Origin: an uncultured delta proteobacterium
Lineage (GTDB): Bacteria; Myxococcota_A; Polyangia; Polyangiales; Polyangiaceae
Assembly: GCA_963850305.1 (NCBI GenBank)
Contig: CAWKKR010000001.1
Coordinates: forward strand, 256,001-320,000
Length of the DNA stretch: 64,000 nt
Direction: 5' to 3'
Made by a program: the position numbers and the translations under genes. Shown piece by piece: positions 53,578-64,000 of this stretch (within the stretch, counting starts at the first letter, position 1; each line of letters starts with the position of its first letter). The notes under the pieces are model-generated. The model saw only the letters and a list, made by a program, of their open reading frames with translations. It was not told the origin of the DNA and did no database searches.

Positions 53578-53712
53578 ATGCCTCAGGACTCTCGAGCACG
53601 AAATCGTCAGAAACGCCGTCGCGCCAGGAAAAATGGCCTCTGGGAGCGCAACCGCGCCGCGGAAAACGCCGAAGCCGACAAGCCGAAAGCGCCCGCCAAG
53701 AAGGCAACGTAG
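53578..53712 (+). CDS. Putative 44-aa basic small protein
   Basis: MPQDSRARNRQKRRRARKNGLWERNRAAENAEADKPKAPAKKAT*; fills an otherwise empty gap; below the ORF track cut-off. Confidence 0.5.
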   Translation: MPQDSRARNRQKRRRARKNGLWERNRAAENAEADKPKAPAKKAT

Positions 53713-53772
53713 CTATCCGCGGCGGGGCGGCCCCTCGATTTCTGGCAGCGCCGAGGCGATCGGCCCCCGACC

Positions 53773-54735
53773 TCAGCTCCGCCTGAGTTCGTTCACGGCG
53801 CCGACCGCCGTGGCCCCTCTCGAGACGCACGCTTCGAGTTGGGCGAGAACCGCCGCTTTGCCGCCGAGATCCTCGACGCCCTGCTCGCCCCATCTTTGAA
53901 GGAGGAGGCGGAGCGCCCAGCTCGCGGTTGCGCGACGCCGCCTGCCGGCAAGGGTTCCCCCCTCGATCATGTTTCTTCGATGCTCATCGAGGACGGCGAG
54001 CAGCTCGGCGACGCCGGTCTGCTTCGTGGCGCTGGTGGCGATGACCTTCGGGACACCGACGCCGGTACCGGACTGGATCGCGGCGAGCGCGGACGAAAGC
54101 TCGGCGACGGCACGTTCCGCGATCGAGCCGAGGTCGGCCTTGTTCACCGCGAAGACGTCGGGAACTTCGATGATGCCCGCCTTCAGGAACTGGAGGACGT
54201 CGCCGGAGCCTGGCTGGATCACCATGAGCACGGTGTCCGTCACGTGTTCGACGTCGGTCTCGCTCTGTCCGACGCCCGTGGTTTCGACCACGACCACGTC
54301 GTAAGCAGACGCAAGTACGTCGATGGCGGCGCCCGCCGCACGCGCGAGACCGCCGAGGTCGCCGCCAGAGGCCATCGATCGCACGAAGAGCCCGAGATCG
54401 TCGGGGTCGATGTCGATCCGCGCGCGATCACCGAGGAGAGCGCCGCCGCTGCGTGGACTCGACGGATCGACGGCCAGGACGCCGACCGTTCGCCCCGACG
54501 AACGGATCTGATGAACGAGCGCCGACACGAGGGTGCTCTTGCCGACGCCCGGCGGCCCGGTGATGCCGATCCGAGCTGCCCGGAGCGGGTCTGTCTCGCG
54601 AACGAGCGCGCGCAAGAGGTCGACGATCGACGATTGTGCGGACGGGCGACGGTCTTCCACGAGCGAGATCGCGCGCGCCACGGCGCCCGATTCCCGGTTG
54701 GCTACGCGCCGCGCGAGCTCTTCGGGGACGCTCAC
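53773..54735 (-). CDS. meaB: Acyl-CoA mutase-associated GTPase MeaB
   Basis: GITGPPGVGKST, AVDPSSPRSGGALLGDR, VETTGVGQSE, NKAD; coupled to the mutase. Confidence 0.93.
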   Translation of the reverse strand: MSVPEELARRVANRESGAVARAISLVEDRRPSAQSSIVDLLRALVRETDPLRAARIGITGPPGVGKSTLVSALVHQIRSSGRTVGVLAVDPSSPRSGGALLGDRARIDIDPDDLGLFVRSMASGGDLGGLARAAGAAIDVLASAYDVVVVETTGVGQSETDVEHVTDTVLMVIQPGSGDVLQFLKAGIIEVPDVFAVNKADLGSIAERAVAELSSALAAIQSGTGVGVPKVIATSATKQTGVAELLAVLDEHRRNMIEGGTLAGRRRRATASWALRLLLQRWGEQGVEDLGGKAAVLAQLEACVSRGATAVGAVNELRRS

Positions 54736-56702
54736 GCCGCGTGCGCCTCGCGCACGTAATCGACCAGGTCACTCAGGATGCGCGATATCTGAAAATCCTT
54801 CGGCGTGTAGACCGCGCGCACCCCGGATCGGCGCAGCTCCTCCGCGTCCGTCTCCGGAATGATGCCACCCGCGATCACCGGGATGCCCGAGAGACCTTGC
54901 TTCTTCATCTGCTCGATCACCTGGTGAACCAGATCGAGATGAGCGCCACTGAGGATGCTGAGGCCGACGAGATGAACACCCTCGTCCGCGGCCGCGCGCG
55001 CGAGTTGCTGCGGCGTGACTCGGATGCCTTCGTAGACGACCTCGAAGCCTGCGTCGCGGGCGCGGAGCGCGATCTGTTCGGCGCCGTTCGAGTGACCGTC
55101 CAGGCCAGGCTTACCGACGAGCAGCTTCGGCCGCCTACCGAGCTCGGTCTGGAGCGCGACGACCTTCTTGCGGAGGGCGTCGAGAGCAGACGCATCGCCG
55201 ATCACGGCGCGCGCTCCGCCGACTCCGGTCGGCGCGCGGTACTCCCCGAAGGACTCGCGAAGCAACCCGGCCCATTCACCCGTCGTGACGCCAGCCTTCG
55301 CCGCGGCGATCGACGCGGGCATGATGTTCTGGCCGGTCTTTGCCGCCTCGCGCAACCCGGAAAGCGCTCGCTCGATCGCCGCACTGGCGCGGCTTTTGCG
55401 CCACGCGGCGAGACGCTCGACCTGCTCGCGCTCCGCGGCGGGATCGACGCGCAGGATGGCGTCTGCGCCGCCCTCGGTCTGGAGCGGACTCGGCGCCGTC
55501 TCGACGAATTTGTTCATCCCGACCACGACCTGGTCACCGCGCTCGATACCGGCGATCCGCGCCGCGTGCGACGCCACGAGCTGCTCCTTGACGTACTCGA
55601 CCGCCGGCACGACTCCCCCGCGCGCGAGCACGGCTTCCACTTCCGCCCACGCCGCGCCGGCGATCTCCTTCACTCGAGCTTCGATTACGGGAGAGCCGTC
55701 GAAGATGTCGCCAAACTCGAGCAGGTCGGTCTCGTACGCGAGAATCTGCTGGGTCCGGAGCGATAGCTGCTGATCCCACGGCCGCGGCAGGCCGAGAGCC
55801 TCGTTCCATGCCGGGAGCTGGATCGCGCGAGCGCGCGCGTCCCGGCTGAGAGTCACGCCGAGCATCTCGAGCGCGATGCGGATTATGTTGTTCTCGGGCT
55901 GAGCTTCCGTGAGGCCGAGCGAGTTTACCTGCACGCCGTAGCGGAACCGAAGGGCCTTCGGGTCCGTGATGCCGTATCGCTCGCGGCCGAGCTTCTCCCA
56001 AAGACGGCCGAAGGCGCGCTGCTTGCAGACCTCGTCGAGGAAGCGAATGCTCGAATTGATGAAGAAGGAGAGCCGCGAAAATGTGTCCGTCAGTACCGCG
56101 CCCTCGACCCCGCGGCCCCGCACGGTATCGAGGACTGCGATCGCCGTCGAGAGCGCGTACGCCACTTCCTGCTCGGGGGTCGCGCCGGCTTCCTGCAAGT
56201 GATAGCTGCAAATGTTCGTCGGATTCCACTCGGGTACCTTTTCCACCGTGTAGAGCACGGTATCCGCGATGAGCCGCATGCTCGGTTCGGGCGGGAAAAT
56301 ATACGTCCCGCGCGACAGGTATTCCTTGATGATGTCGTTCTGCGTCGTGCCGCGGAGCTTCCGCGTGTCGGCGCCCTGTTCCTCCGCAACCGCGATGTAG
56401 AGAGACAGAAGCCAAGCCGCAGTGGCGTTGATCGTCATCGACGTGTTCATTCGCTCGAGCGCGATGCCGTCGAACAGCACCCGCATGTCGCCGATGTGGC
56501 AGATCGGGACGCCGGTCCGGCCGACCTCACCCCGCGCAAGCGGGTGATCCGAGTCGTAGCCAGTCTGGGTCGGCAGATCGAAGGCCACGCTGAGGCCGGT
56601 CTGCCCTTTGGCCAGATTCTGCTTGTAGAGCTCGTTCGACGCTTTCGGAGAGCTGTGCCCCGAATACGTCCGCATGATCCAAACGGGGTCTTTCTTCTTC
56701 AC
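54732..56702 (-). CDS. ecm: Ethylmalonyl-CoA mutase (MeaA/Ecm), B12-dependent
   Basis: WIMRTYSGHSS, AFDLPTQTGYD, RYGVQVNSLGLTEAQPENN, QLPAWNEALGLPRPWDQQ, KPGLDGHSNGAEQ. Confidence 0.9.
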   Translation of the reverse strand: MKKKDPVWIMRTYSGHSSPKASNELYKQNLAKGQTGLSVAFDLPTQTGYDSDHPLARGEVGRTGVPICHIGDMRVLFDGIALERMNTSMTINATAAWLLSLYIAVAEEQGADTRKLRGTTQNDIIKEYLSRGTYIFPPEPSMRLIADTVLYTVEKVPEWNPTNICSYHLQEAGATPEQEVAYALSTAIAVLDTVRGRGVEGAVLTDTFSRLSFFINSSIRFLDEVCKQRAFGRLWEKLGRERYGITDPKALRFRYGVQVNSLGLTEAQPENNIIRIALEMLGVTLSRDARARAIQLPAWNEALGLPRPWDQQLSLRTQQILAYETDLLEFGDIFDGSPVIEARVKEIAGAAWAEVEAVLARGGVVPAVEYVKEQLVASHAARIAGIERGDQVVVGMNKFVETAPSPLQTEGGADAILRVDPAAEREQVERLAAWRKSRASAAIERALSGLREAAKTGQNIMPASIAAAKAGVTTGEWAGLLRESFGEYRAPTGVGGARAVIGDASALDALRKKVVALQTELGRRPKLLVGKPGLDGHSNGAEQIALRARDAGFEVVYEGIRVTPQQLARAAADEGVHLVGLSILSGAHLDLVHQVIEQMKKQGLSGIPVIAGGIIPETDAEELRRSGVRAVYTPKDFQISRILSDLVDYVREAHAA

Positions 56703-56919
56703 GGCGAGATCCTGAATGCTGCCCTAGCAACCGTCCAAAGACTACGCCATCCCGGTCGAGAAAACCGAGGTATTTCCCGTAGCTGCCCGGGGAACGCGGG
56801 AGCTCGCGTCGGCACGTGGGCGCTAGTGGGAACGGCTCTTCATTGGAGCGCGAACTGGATCTATGCGCTCTAGCGGCCTCGACACGTAGGGGCTGCGTGT
56901 ACAAAGTCTGAGGCACCCG

Positions 56920-57255
56920 ATGGCCGAGGATCCCGAGAAGCGACGGAAGCAAGAGGGCGAGCTCGGCGTCGTGGAGCGGCCGACGACGAAGGAACCCCGA
57001 CGTTACCAGGTAGTACTCCACAACGACGATTACACGACGATGGAGTTCGTGGTGCACGTGCTCGAGAAATTTTTTTACAAATCCGAGACCGAGGCCACCC
57101 AGATCATGCTTCAGGTGCATCATAAGGGGTACGGGATCGTCGGACTCTTCACCCGAGACGTCGCGGAAACCAAGGCGTCCCAGGTCATGGACTACGCCAA
57201 ACAGCACGGCCATCCGCTCCGATGCACGGCCGAGCCCGAAGGGCTGTCGCAATAG
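56920..57255 (+). CDS. clpS: Clp protease adaptor ClpS
   Basis: [15 protein letters not shown]...MLQVH...DVAETK...HPLRC. Confidence 0.97.
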   Translation: MAEDPEKRRKQEGELGVVERPTTKEPRRYQVVLHNDDYTTMEFVVHVLEKFFYKSETEATQIMLQVHHKGYGIVGLFTRDVAETKASQVMDYAKQHGHPLRCTAEPEGLSQ

Positions 57256-59532
57256 ATGAAAGTAAGCGCCGAAGTCGAAATTGCCTGCTCTCTCGCGGCT
57301 CGTGAAGCTCAGCGGAGGCGGCACGACGTGCTGACGGTCGAGCACCTTCTCTATGCGCTGCTCCACGACGAGGAGACGGCGAGAATTCTCCGCCGCTCGG
57401 GAGCGAACATCGGGCAGCTCAAGGCCGCGCTCGAGAAGGCCTTGGATCAGTTCATCGCGCACGTCCCCGACGGGATGGACGTCACGCCGACGCCGTCGCG
57501 CGGCTTTCAGCGGGTCCTGCAGCGGGCCGCCATTCACGTCGAGTCGAGCGGCAAGGAAGAGCTGAAGGGCTACAACGTGCTCGTCGCGATCTTCGCCGAA
57601 CTCGATTCGCACGCCGTCAAGGTCCTGAACGACGCCGGCGTCACCCGCTACGACGTCGTCAACTTCGTCTCGCACGGCGTGAGCAAGGACACGGATGACG
57701 AGATCTCCGAATCCCCGGTCGGAGCGCCCGAAACGGAAGAAGACGAGGCCACGCCGGAAAAGGACGCGCTCGCGCGGTTCGCCGTCAACCTGAACGAACG
57801 CGCGCGAGCCGGGGACATCGAGCCGCTCGTGGGGCGCGAGAAGGAAATCCGGCGTGCCATCCAGGTGCTCTGCAGGCGCCGCAAGAACAACCCGATCTTC
57901 GTCGGGGACGCGGGCGTCGGAAAGACGGCCATCGTCGAAGGCCTTGCCGCTCTCATTGCCGAGGGCAAAGTGCCGAAGCCCCTCGAGAGCGTGACGATCT
58001 ATGCGCTCGACATGGGCGCGCTCATTGCGGGAACCAAGTTCCGGGGAGACTTCGAGAATCGCGTGAAGGCCGTTCTCAAGGGGCTCGGCAAGCAACCGGG
58101 CGCAATCCTGTTCATCGACGAGATTCACACCGTCATCGGAGCCGGGGCGACCAGCGGGGGGACCCTGGACGCGTCGAATCTCCTCAAACCTGCTCTCGCG
58201 GGCGGCAAGCTCCGGTGCATGGGCGCGACGACGTTCGAGGAGTACCGCCGTCACCTCGAACGGGACGCGGCGCTCGCTCGTCGCTTTCAGAAGATCGAGG
58301 TGCTCGAACCGAGCGTCGAGGACACCGTCGGGATCCTGAAGGGTCTGGTGCCGCGGTACGAGGAGTTCCACCTCGTGAAGTACACGGAGGCGGCCGTCCG
58401 GGCTGCGGCTACGCTTGCCGCGCGGCACCTCCACGACCGCCGGCTACCCGACAAAGCGATCGACCTCATCGACGAGAGCGGGGCCGACGCGAAGCTCGAT
58501 CTGGGAGACAACGCAACGGTCGACGAGGCGCGGATCGAAATCGTGCTGGCTCGGATGGCCCAGGTACCGCCCAAGCAAGTCTCGAGCTCCGACAAGGACT
58601 CGCTCCGGAACCTCGAGAGCGAGTTGAAGCGCGTCGTGTTCGGTCAAGATCGTGCCCTCTCGGAGCTCACGGCTGCGATCAAGCTGTCACGGGCAGGACT
58701 GCGAGCGCCCGAAAAGCCCATCGGCAGCTATCTCTTCACCGGCCCCACTGGCGTCGGCAAGACCGAGGTCGCGCGGCAGCTCGCGAGGACCATGGGGATC
58801 GAGCTGCTCCGGTTCGACATGAGCGAGTTCCACGAGCTTCACAGCGCATCGAAGCTGATCGGCGCGCCACCCGGCTACGTCGGCCATGACCGCGGCGGGG
58901 TCCTCACGGACGCCATCACGAAGACGCCTCACGCGGTTCTCCTCCTGGACGAGATCGAGAAGGCTCATCCGGACGTGTTCAATGTGTTTCTCCAGATCAT
59001 GGACTACGGACGCTTGACCGACGCACACGGGCGGAAAACGGACTTCCGCCACGTGGTGGTCATCTTCGCGAGCAACGTGGGCGCGGCGGACCTCGCGAGG
59101 GTGAAGGTGGGCTTTGGCCAGAATCAGAGTCGTGGGGACGACGAAACCGCGTTCAAGAACACGTTCAGCCCCGAGTTCCGAAACCGGCTCGACGCGCGCA
59201 TTCGATTTGGTCCGCTGACCCCCGACGTCATGCATCACATCGTGGACAAGGCCGTCAAAGAGCTCGTGGTGCAGCTCGCCGAACGCCACGTGACAATCGT
59301 GCTCACGGACTCTGCCCGTGATCACTTTGCGAAGAAGGGCTACGATGTCGACAATGGCGCGCGGCCGCTCGCGCGCCTCATCCAGGACGAGATCAAGCGG
59401 CCCCTCGCCGACGAGATCTTGTTCGGCAAGCTCGACGGGGGCGGTACCGTCGAGGTGGATGTGGTAGACAGTCGCGTCGAATTTCATGTCGAACCGTCGG
59501 AATCGGCACCGCCCGATCGCACCCTCAACTGA
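57256..59532 (+). CDS. clpA: ATP-dependent Clp protease ATPase ClpA
   Basis: [44 protein letters not shown]; follows clpS. Confidence 0.96.
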   Translation: MKVSAEVEIACSLAAREAQRRRHDVLTVEHLLYALLHDEETARILRRSGANIGQLKAALEKALDQFIAHVPDGMDVTPTPSRGFQRVLQRAAIHVESSGKEELKGYNVLVAIFAELDSHAVKVLNDAGVTRYDVVNFVSHGVSKDTDDEISESPVGAPETEEDEATPEKDALARFAVNLNERARAGDIEPLVGREKEIRRAIQVLCRRRKNNPIFVGDAGVGKTAIVEGLAALIAEGKVPKPLESVTIYALDMGALIAGTKFRGDFENRVKAVLKGLGKQPGAILFIDEIHTVIGAGATSGGTLDASNLLKPALAGGKLRCMGATTFEEYRRHLERDAALARRFQKIEVLEPSVEDTVGILKGLVPRYEEFHLVKYTEAAVRAAATLAARHLHDRRLPDKAIDLIDESGADAKLDLGDNATVDEARIEIVLARMAQVPPKQVSSSDKDSLRNLESELKRVVFGQDRALSELTAAIKLSRAGLRAPEKPIGSYLFTGPTGVGKTEVARQLARTMGIELLRFDMSEFHELHSASKLIGAPPGYVGHDRGGVLTDAITKTPHAVLLLDEIEKAHPDVFNVFLQIMDYGRLTDAHGRKTDFRHVVVIFASNVGAADLARVKVGFGQNQSRGDDETAFKNTFSPEFRNRLDARIRFGPLTPDVMHHIVDKAVKELVVQLAERHVTIVLTDSARDHFAKKGYDVDNGARPLARLIQDEIKRPLADEILFGKLDGGGTVEVDVVDSRVEFHVEPSESAPPDRTLN

Positions 59533-59544
59533 CGCTTGCGCGCC

Positions 59545-60162
59545 ATGATCGTCATCGTCGACTACGACGCCGGAAACCTCGGGAGCGTGAAGCGGGCCTG
59601 TGACGCGAGCCGGGTTGCCTCCGTGATCAGCAAAGATCCGGGCGAGATCGGACGCGCCGAGCGCGTCATCTTCCCCGGCATCGGCGCGGCGGAGAGCTCG
59701 ATGGACACCGTCCGGAGCCGAGGGCTGGACCAGGCGCTCCGCGAGGCCCTCGGGCGCGGCGCGCCGGTGCTCGGTATCTGCATCGGCGCGCAGATCATCC
59801 TCGACCGGTCGGAAGAAGGCGACACGCCGTGCCTCGGCTTCGTTCCGGGAACGACGGTCCGATTTCGACCGACGGACCCCGGCATCAAGGTGCCTCACAT
59901 AGGCTGGAACGAGGTTCGTGTCGAGCAGCCGCACCCGTTGCTGGCCGGCCTCGAACCGGGTGACGAACTGTACTTCGTCCACTCGTACTACCCGAGCCCG
60001 CGCGACCGTTCCCGCGTGTTTGCCACGTCGGACTACGACGGTGAGTTCTGCTGCGCGCTCGGCGAGGGCAGTCTCTTTGCGACGCAGTTCCATCCGGAGA
60101 AGAGCGGGGAGCTCGGCCTCGACCTGTTCCGCCGCTTCTCGACCTGGGACGGCGCGTGCTGA
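59545..60162 (+). CDS. hisH: Imidazole glycerol phosphate synthase glutaminase subunit
   Basis: [36 protein letters not shown]. Confidence 0.96.
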   Translation: MIVIVDYDAGNLGSVKRACDASRVASVISKDPGEIGRAERVIFPGIGAAESSMDTVRSRGLDQALREALGRGAPVLGICIGAQIILDRSEEGDTPCLGFVPGTTVRFRPTDPGIKVPHIGWNEVRVEQPHPLLAGLEPGDELYFVHSYYPSPRDRSRVFATSDYDGEFCCALGEGSLFATQFHPEKSGELGLDLFRRFSTWDGAC

Positions 60163-60971
60163 GCAAACGCGTCATCGCCTGCCTGGACGTCCGGGATGGG
60201 AAGCTCGCGAAGAGCGTGAAGTTCGTCGACACGAAGGACATCGGAGACCCGGTCGAAAAGGCGCGCGAATATTATCGGAGCGGGCTGGACGAGCTAGTGT
60301 TCTACGACATCACCGCGTCGAGCGACGGCCGGGGTATCTTGCTCGATGTCGTCGAGCGTGTGGCCGCGGAGGTGTTCATTCCGTTCTCGGTCGGCGGCGG
60401 CATTCGCTCGGTGGACGACGCGACGAGCCTCCGAATGGCCGGCGCGGAAAAGATCAACGTGAACAGCGCGGCCGTCAAAGATCCGGGACTCATCGCGCGC
60501 TGCTCGCACGCGATCGGCGCGCAGAGCGTCGTCCTCTCCATGGATGTGCGTCGGACGGAGCGCTCCGCGACAATCCCGTCGGGATACGAGGTCGTCATCA
60601 ACGGCGGTCGAACCCCGGTCGGGCGCGACGCGGTCGAGTGGGCACGCGAGGGCGAGCGTCTCGGCGCCGGCGAGCTGGTGGTGAACTCGATCGATGCCGA
60701 CGGCACCCGCGAGGGATACGAAATTCGACTCACGCGGGCGATCGCGGACGCCGTGAAGATCCCGGTCATCGCGTCCGGCGGCGCGGGCAAACCCGAACAC
60801 CTCTACGAGGTGCTGACCGAAGGGCACGCCGACGCAGCGCTGGTCGCGTCGATGGTCCATTACGGCGAGTACACGATACGCGATCTCAAGGACCATCTCC
60901 GGAGCCGAGGCGTGAAGGTTCGCTGGCCCCGCTCGATGCGAACGTCGCCCGACGACGGTGTTCCCCCCTGA
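60156..60971 (+). CDS. hisF: Imidazole glycerol phosphate synthase cyclase subunit
   Basis: [45 protein letters not shown]. Confidence 0.97.
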   Translation: MLSKRVIACLDVRDGKLAKSVKFVDTKDIGDPVEKAREYYRSGLDELVFYDITASSDGRGILLDVVERVAAEVFIPFSVGGGIRSVDDATSLRMAGAEKINVNSAAVKDPGLIARCSHAIGAQSVVLSMDVRRTERSATIPSGYEVVINGGRTPVGRDAVEWAREGERLGAGELVVNSIDADGTREGYEIRLTRAIADAVKIPVIASGGAGKPEHLYEVLTEGHADAALVASMVHYGEYTIRDLKDHLRSRGVKVRWPRSMRTSPDDGVPP

Positions 60972-61055
60972 GCGGCTGCGCGATTGGGGGGGAAACGGCC
61001 GCCCGCAGCGAGGGGAACGAGCGAGGACGGACGATGGGGGGCAGCCTCATCGAAG

Positions 61056-62141
61056 TCACGGCTTGAACAGATCCGAGAGATCGGTGGCGGACGCTGCAGC
61101 CCGCAGGAACGGCGAGACGCCGAAGATCTCCTCCACCGTGCGAAGCGTCGAGCTGTGATCGTAAGCCACGGTGTTCGTGTAGCCCCCTCCCCTGGCGAGC
61201 GGCGACAGGACGATCATGCCGATCGGGCAATCGGCGCTCGGGCAGCTGTCGGCGGTGCCGGCCTCGTCCCACGTGATGAAGATCGCGCCGTCGTCCTGGT
61301 AAGCGCTGGATGCCTGGATCTTCGGCACCCACGTCGCCAGCCAGTCGTCGCCCTGGCGCGTCGTGTTGCCGAATGGGGGACACTCGTCATGCATGTCGTT
61401 GCACATGTTCGGCGTGATGAAGTTGTACCGGCCGACCTTGTTCGCTGCGAGGTCCGATTCGAAATCGCCGAACTCGCCTACTGCCTTCACCAGCGGCCGC
61501 ACGTGCTCGATGCAACGCGGCGCCTTGGGATCGTTCGAACCGGTGACGTCGTCGAAGAACACCATCGGATCGTGCTTCGGAGCATAGTTGCGCGATCGCT
61601 CGAGCGGACACTCGTCGCCTGCGATGTCTTCCTCGTACGCCCTCCAGCTCACGTGCGCGTGCTCGAGCTGGTTGACGAGGTGCATCGGCGTCGCGCGATG
61701 GTTCCGCGCCGGACCGTCATCGTCCGTGATGCCAAGGTTGTCGCCGGCCTCGAGCCACACGTAGTTCGGCTCGCTCGGATGCAAGGCTCCGTTCAGCGGC
61801 CCACGGTAGTTCTCGGCGTAGGAGGCTCTGGGCAACAGGGTTTTGTTGAGAAAAGGGGCATCCGGGCTCCCCTTGACGGTCGACCAGGCCTTGTTTTCCA
61901 TGAGAACGAGAAACACGGTCTTGATTCTGCCGAGCCGGGGGTCGGGCGCGCTCGGGGAGGCCACTCCGGGCAGAGCCGGTGCCGCCGCTGGAGCGGTGAG
62001 CCTCGGCGCGCGTTCGCGAGCCGTGAGTGCCGCGGGCGGCGCCGCCTGGCCGGAACTCGATGGCGCCGACGCGTTCGATTTACAGCCTGACGCGCCGAGC
62101 CACGCGGCGAGAACTACCGTCTTCGACACGAGATTTCTCAT
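61056..62141 (-). CDS. Phosphoesterase-family (acid phosphatase, SapM/AcpA-like) lipoprotein
   Basis: Lipobox [38 protein letters not shown]; start ATG 62141. Confidence 0.85.
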   Translation of the reverse strand: MRNLVSKTVVLAAWLGASGCKSNASAPSSSGQAAPPAALTARERAPRLTAPAAAPALPGVASPSAPDPRLGRIKTVFLVLMENKAWSTVKGSPDAPFLNKTLLPRASYAENYRGPLNGALHPSEPNYVWLEAGDNLGITDDDGPARNHRATPMHLVNQLEHAHVSWRAYEEDIAGDECPLERSRNYAPKHDPMVFFDDVTGSNDPKAPRCIEHVRPLVKAVGEFGDFESDLAANKVGRYNFITPNMCNDMHDECPPFGNTTRQGDDWLATWVPKIQASSAYQDDGAIFITWDEAGTADSCPSADCPIGMIVLSPLARGGGYTNTVAYDHSSTLRTVEEIFGVSPFLRAAASATDLSDLFKP

Positions 62142-62229
62142 GTGCGCCAGTATACGCGGACACGTTGATGGCCTCCGCCCGCTGTGTATGATGCCGCCCG
62201 AAACCAGGAACAGGGCGGAAGACCTAGAA

Positions 62230-63129
62230 ATGTTGAGCATCGATCTCAGGGGTAAGCGGGCGCTCATCGCGGGGATCGCCGACGACGGCGGTTATGGCTG
62301 GGCCATCGCCAAGGCCCTCGTCGAGGCCGGCGCGACGGTCTGTGCAGGAACCTGGCCGCCCGCGTTGAACATCTTCAAGACGATGCTCGAGCGCGGCAAA
62401 TTCGACGACTCGCGCCGGATGACGGACGGTTCGATGCTCGGCTTCGAGCGCGTCTACCCCCTCGACGCCGCATTCGACGTGCTCGCGGATGCGCCCGAGG
62501 AGATCAAGACCAACCGGCGCTACGCGAGTCTGGGAGATTTCTCCATCACCGGGATCGTCGATCGGTTGACCGAGGATTTCGGCGAAAAGCCTCTCGACAT
62601 GGTCGTCCATTCACTCGCCAACGGTCCCGAGGTCAAAAAGCCGCTCCTCGAAACGAGCCGTAGCGGCTACCTGACGGCCGTTGGCGTCAGCGCGTACTCG
62701 TTCGTGTCGATGACGAGTCGTCTCGCTCCCTTGATGCGCCCGAAGGGTTCGTTCTTGTCGCTCAGTTACATCGCCGCCGAGCGCGTCTGCCCGGGATACG
62801 GCGGGGGCATGTCATCGGCGAAGGCGGCCCTCGAAAGCGACACGCGCACGCTCGCGTTCGAGGCCGGTCGCAAGTACGGCCTCCGCGTGAACTCGATCTC
62901 CGCAGGGCCCTGGGCGTCGCGGGCCGCGACGGCCATCGGGATCATCGACGAGACCATCCGCTACACGGCCGCGAACGCTCCGCTCCAGGAGCACCTCACC
63001 GCCGAGGAGGTCGGCGCCACGGCAGCCTTCCTCTTGAGCCCCCTCGCCAGTGGGATCACGGGCACGGTCGTGTACGTGGACAAGGGTTATCACACGATGG
63101 GCAAGGCGACCGAGGATCGATACGCCTGA
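62230..63129 (+). CDS. fabI: Enoyl-ACP reductase, plastid/chlamydial type
   Basis: [58 protein letters not shown]. Confidence 0.93.
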   Translation: MLSIDLRGKRALIAGIADDGGYGWAIAKALVEAGATVCAGTWPPALNIFKTMLERGKFDDSRRMTDGSMLGFERVYPLDAAFDVLADAPEEIKTNRRYASLGDFSITGIVDRLTEDFGEKPLDMVVHSLANGPEVKKPLLETSRSGYLTAVGVSAYSFVSMTSRLAPLMRPKGSFLSLSYIAAERVCPGYGGGMSSAKAALESDTRTLAFEAGRKYGLRVNSISAGPWASRAATAIGIIDETIRYTAANAPLQEHLTAEEVGATAAFLLSPLASGITGTVVYVDKGYHTMGKATEDRYA

Positions 63130-63159
63130 CACTGACGCCATGTCCGGCGGACCCGGCGA

Positions 63160-64000
63160 TCAGCGACGCTTCGGAAGCAGCGCCCAGTAGTCGAGGTCCA
63201 GGACCACGTTCGGGTGGTAGCTCGATTTCCCGTCCTTCTCGACCTTCAGGGGGAAGGGTTCGACCTTCAGATCGTGGTTCTTGACGCCAACCAGCCGGAG
63301 CCGGAGCGCGCCCACGTCCGGGCGTTCCGGGACGTCGGCGTTGTCGATGACCTCGCTCCAGGCGTAGATGGTGTCGCCGGCAAACGTCGGGTTCGCGTGC
63401 GCACCGCCGTTCCACGCCAGGATCCCGAGCACGTTCTCGAGTCCGTTGAATGCCAGCGACCTGGCGAGGCTGATCACGTGTCCGCCGTAGATGAGGCGCT
63501 TGCCGAACCGCGTATTCTTGGCGGCGAAGCCGTCGAAATGCACCTTCGCGGTGTTCTGGTAGAGGCGTGTCGCGATGGCATGCTCGGACTCCTCGATCGT
63601 CATGCCGTCGACGTGATCGATGCGCTCGCCCTTCTGGTAGTCCTCGAAGAACGCTCGGCCTCCGGAGACCCACGGCTCGTAACCTTCGAGATGCAATGAA
63701 CGAGGGAGAACGAGCTCGCTCGCGGCCACTTCCTTGGGCATCTCGGGGGCGTCGTTCGCACCCGTCGGTGTCCTCGGGTCGCGCTTGTTGACCATCACCC
63801 AGCGGAAGAACTCGAGCACCTTCGCGCCGCGCTGGTTCGTCCCGGTCGATCTGACCCACACGACCCCGTTTTCGCCGCTCTTGTTCTCCTTCTTCCCCAT
63901 CACCTCGGACACGGTACGGAGCGTGTCTCCGGGGTACACCGGCTCGAGGAACCGTACGGCGGCGTACCCGAGGTTCGCGACGGCGTTCAGGGAGACGTCG
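63160..64000 (-). CDS. mch: Double hot-dog (MaoC) hydratase, mesaconyl-CoA hydratase-like; 5' end outside the window
   Basis: DVSLNAVANLGY...PVYPGDTL...GVVWVRS...RWVMVNKRD; FEDY...HVDGMTIEESEH...YQNTAKVHF...IYGGHVISLAR. Confidence 0.85.
   Translation of the reverse strand, partial: DVSLNAVANLGYAAVRFLEPVYPGDTLRTVSEVMGKKENKSGENGVVWVRSTGTNQRGAKVLEFFRWVMVNKRDPRTPTGANDAPEMPKEVAASELVLPRSLHLEGYEPWVSGGRAFFEDYQKGERIDHVDGMTIEESEHAIATRLYQNTAKVHFDGFAAKNTRFGKRLIYGGHVISLARSLAFNGLENVLGILAWNGGAHANPTFAGDTIYAWSEVIDNADVPERPDVGALRLRLVGVKNHDLKVEPFPLKVEKDGKSSYHPNVVLDLDYWALLPKRR

Noticed and set aside
56702..56920. Cobalamin riboswitch upstream of ecm
   Set aside because: Only short hairpins are present; no B12-box or conserved core is recognisable by eye.
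56527..60093. Long antisense ORFs (for example 635 aa and 468 aa opposite clpA, and many similar ones elsewhere)
   Set aside because: Shadow ORFs caused by high-GC codon bias opposite well-supported genes.

Overview
High-GC chromosomal window from a myxobacterium, most likely Polyangiaceae/Sorangium-like. The assignment is inferred from Cys-rich GxDxDCxG lipoproteins, AgmX/GYF proteins and an ECF-FecR cassette. It holds about 55 protein genes and the RNase P RNA. I found no rRNA, tRNA, CRISPR array, IS or prophage. Left to right: an ECF sigma/anti-sigma cassette with beta-barrel, VWA and Cys-repeat surface proteins; yggX; a flippase; ferredoxin plus ABC-F; a LytS/LytTR pair with MacAB-TolC and phased LytTR-type boxes; a SWIM-SNF2 helicase; crcB-DUF190 behind a decayed tetR/ABC remnant; a PHM-like copper monooxygenase lipoprotein; sulfatase-like and xerC genes; a tandem pseudo-histidine kinase with a receiver; erpA-rpoH-rnpB; agmX-like, tgt, queA and a sigma-54 two-component system; korAB; ethylmalonyl-CoA pathway genes (ScfR-type regulator, meaB, ecm, mch); clpSA-hisHF; and a plastid/chlamydial-type fabI. 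Six or seven otherwise intact genes carry single-base frameshifts, mostly at or beside GATC, which points to long-read errors at methylated sites. Many genes look leaderless, and a 44-aa basic ORF is missed by the ORF track.
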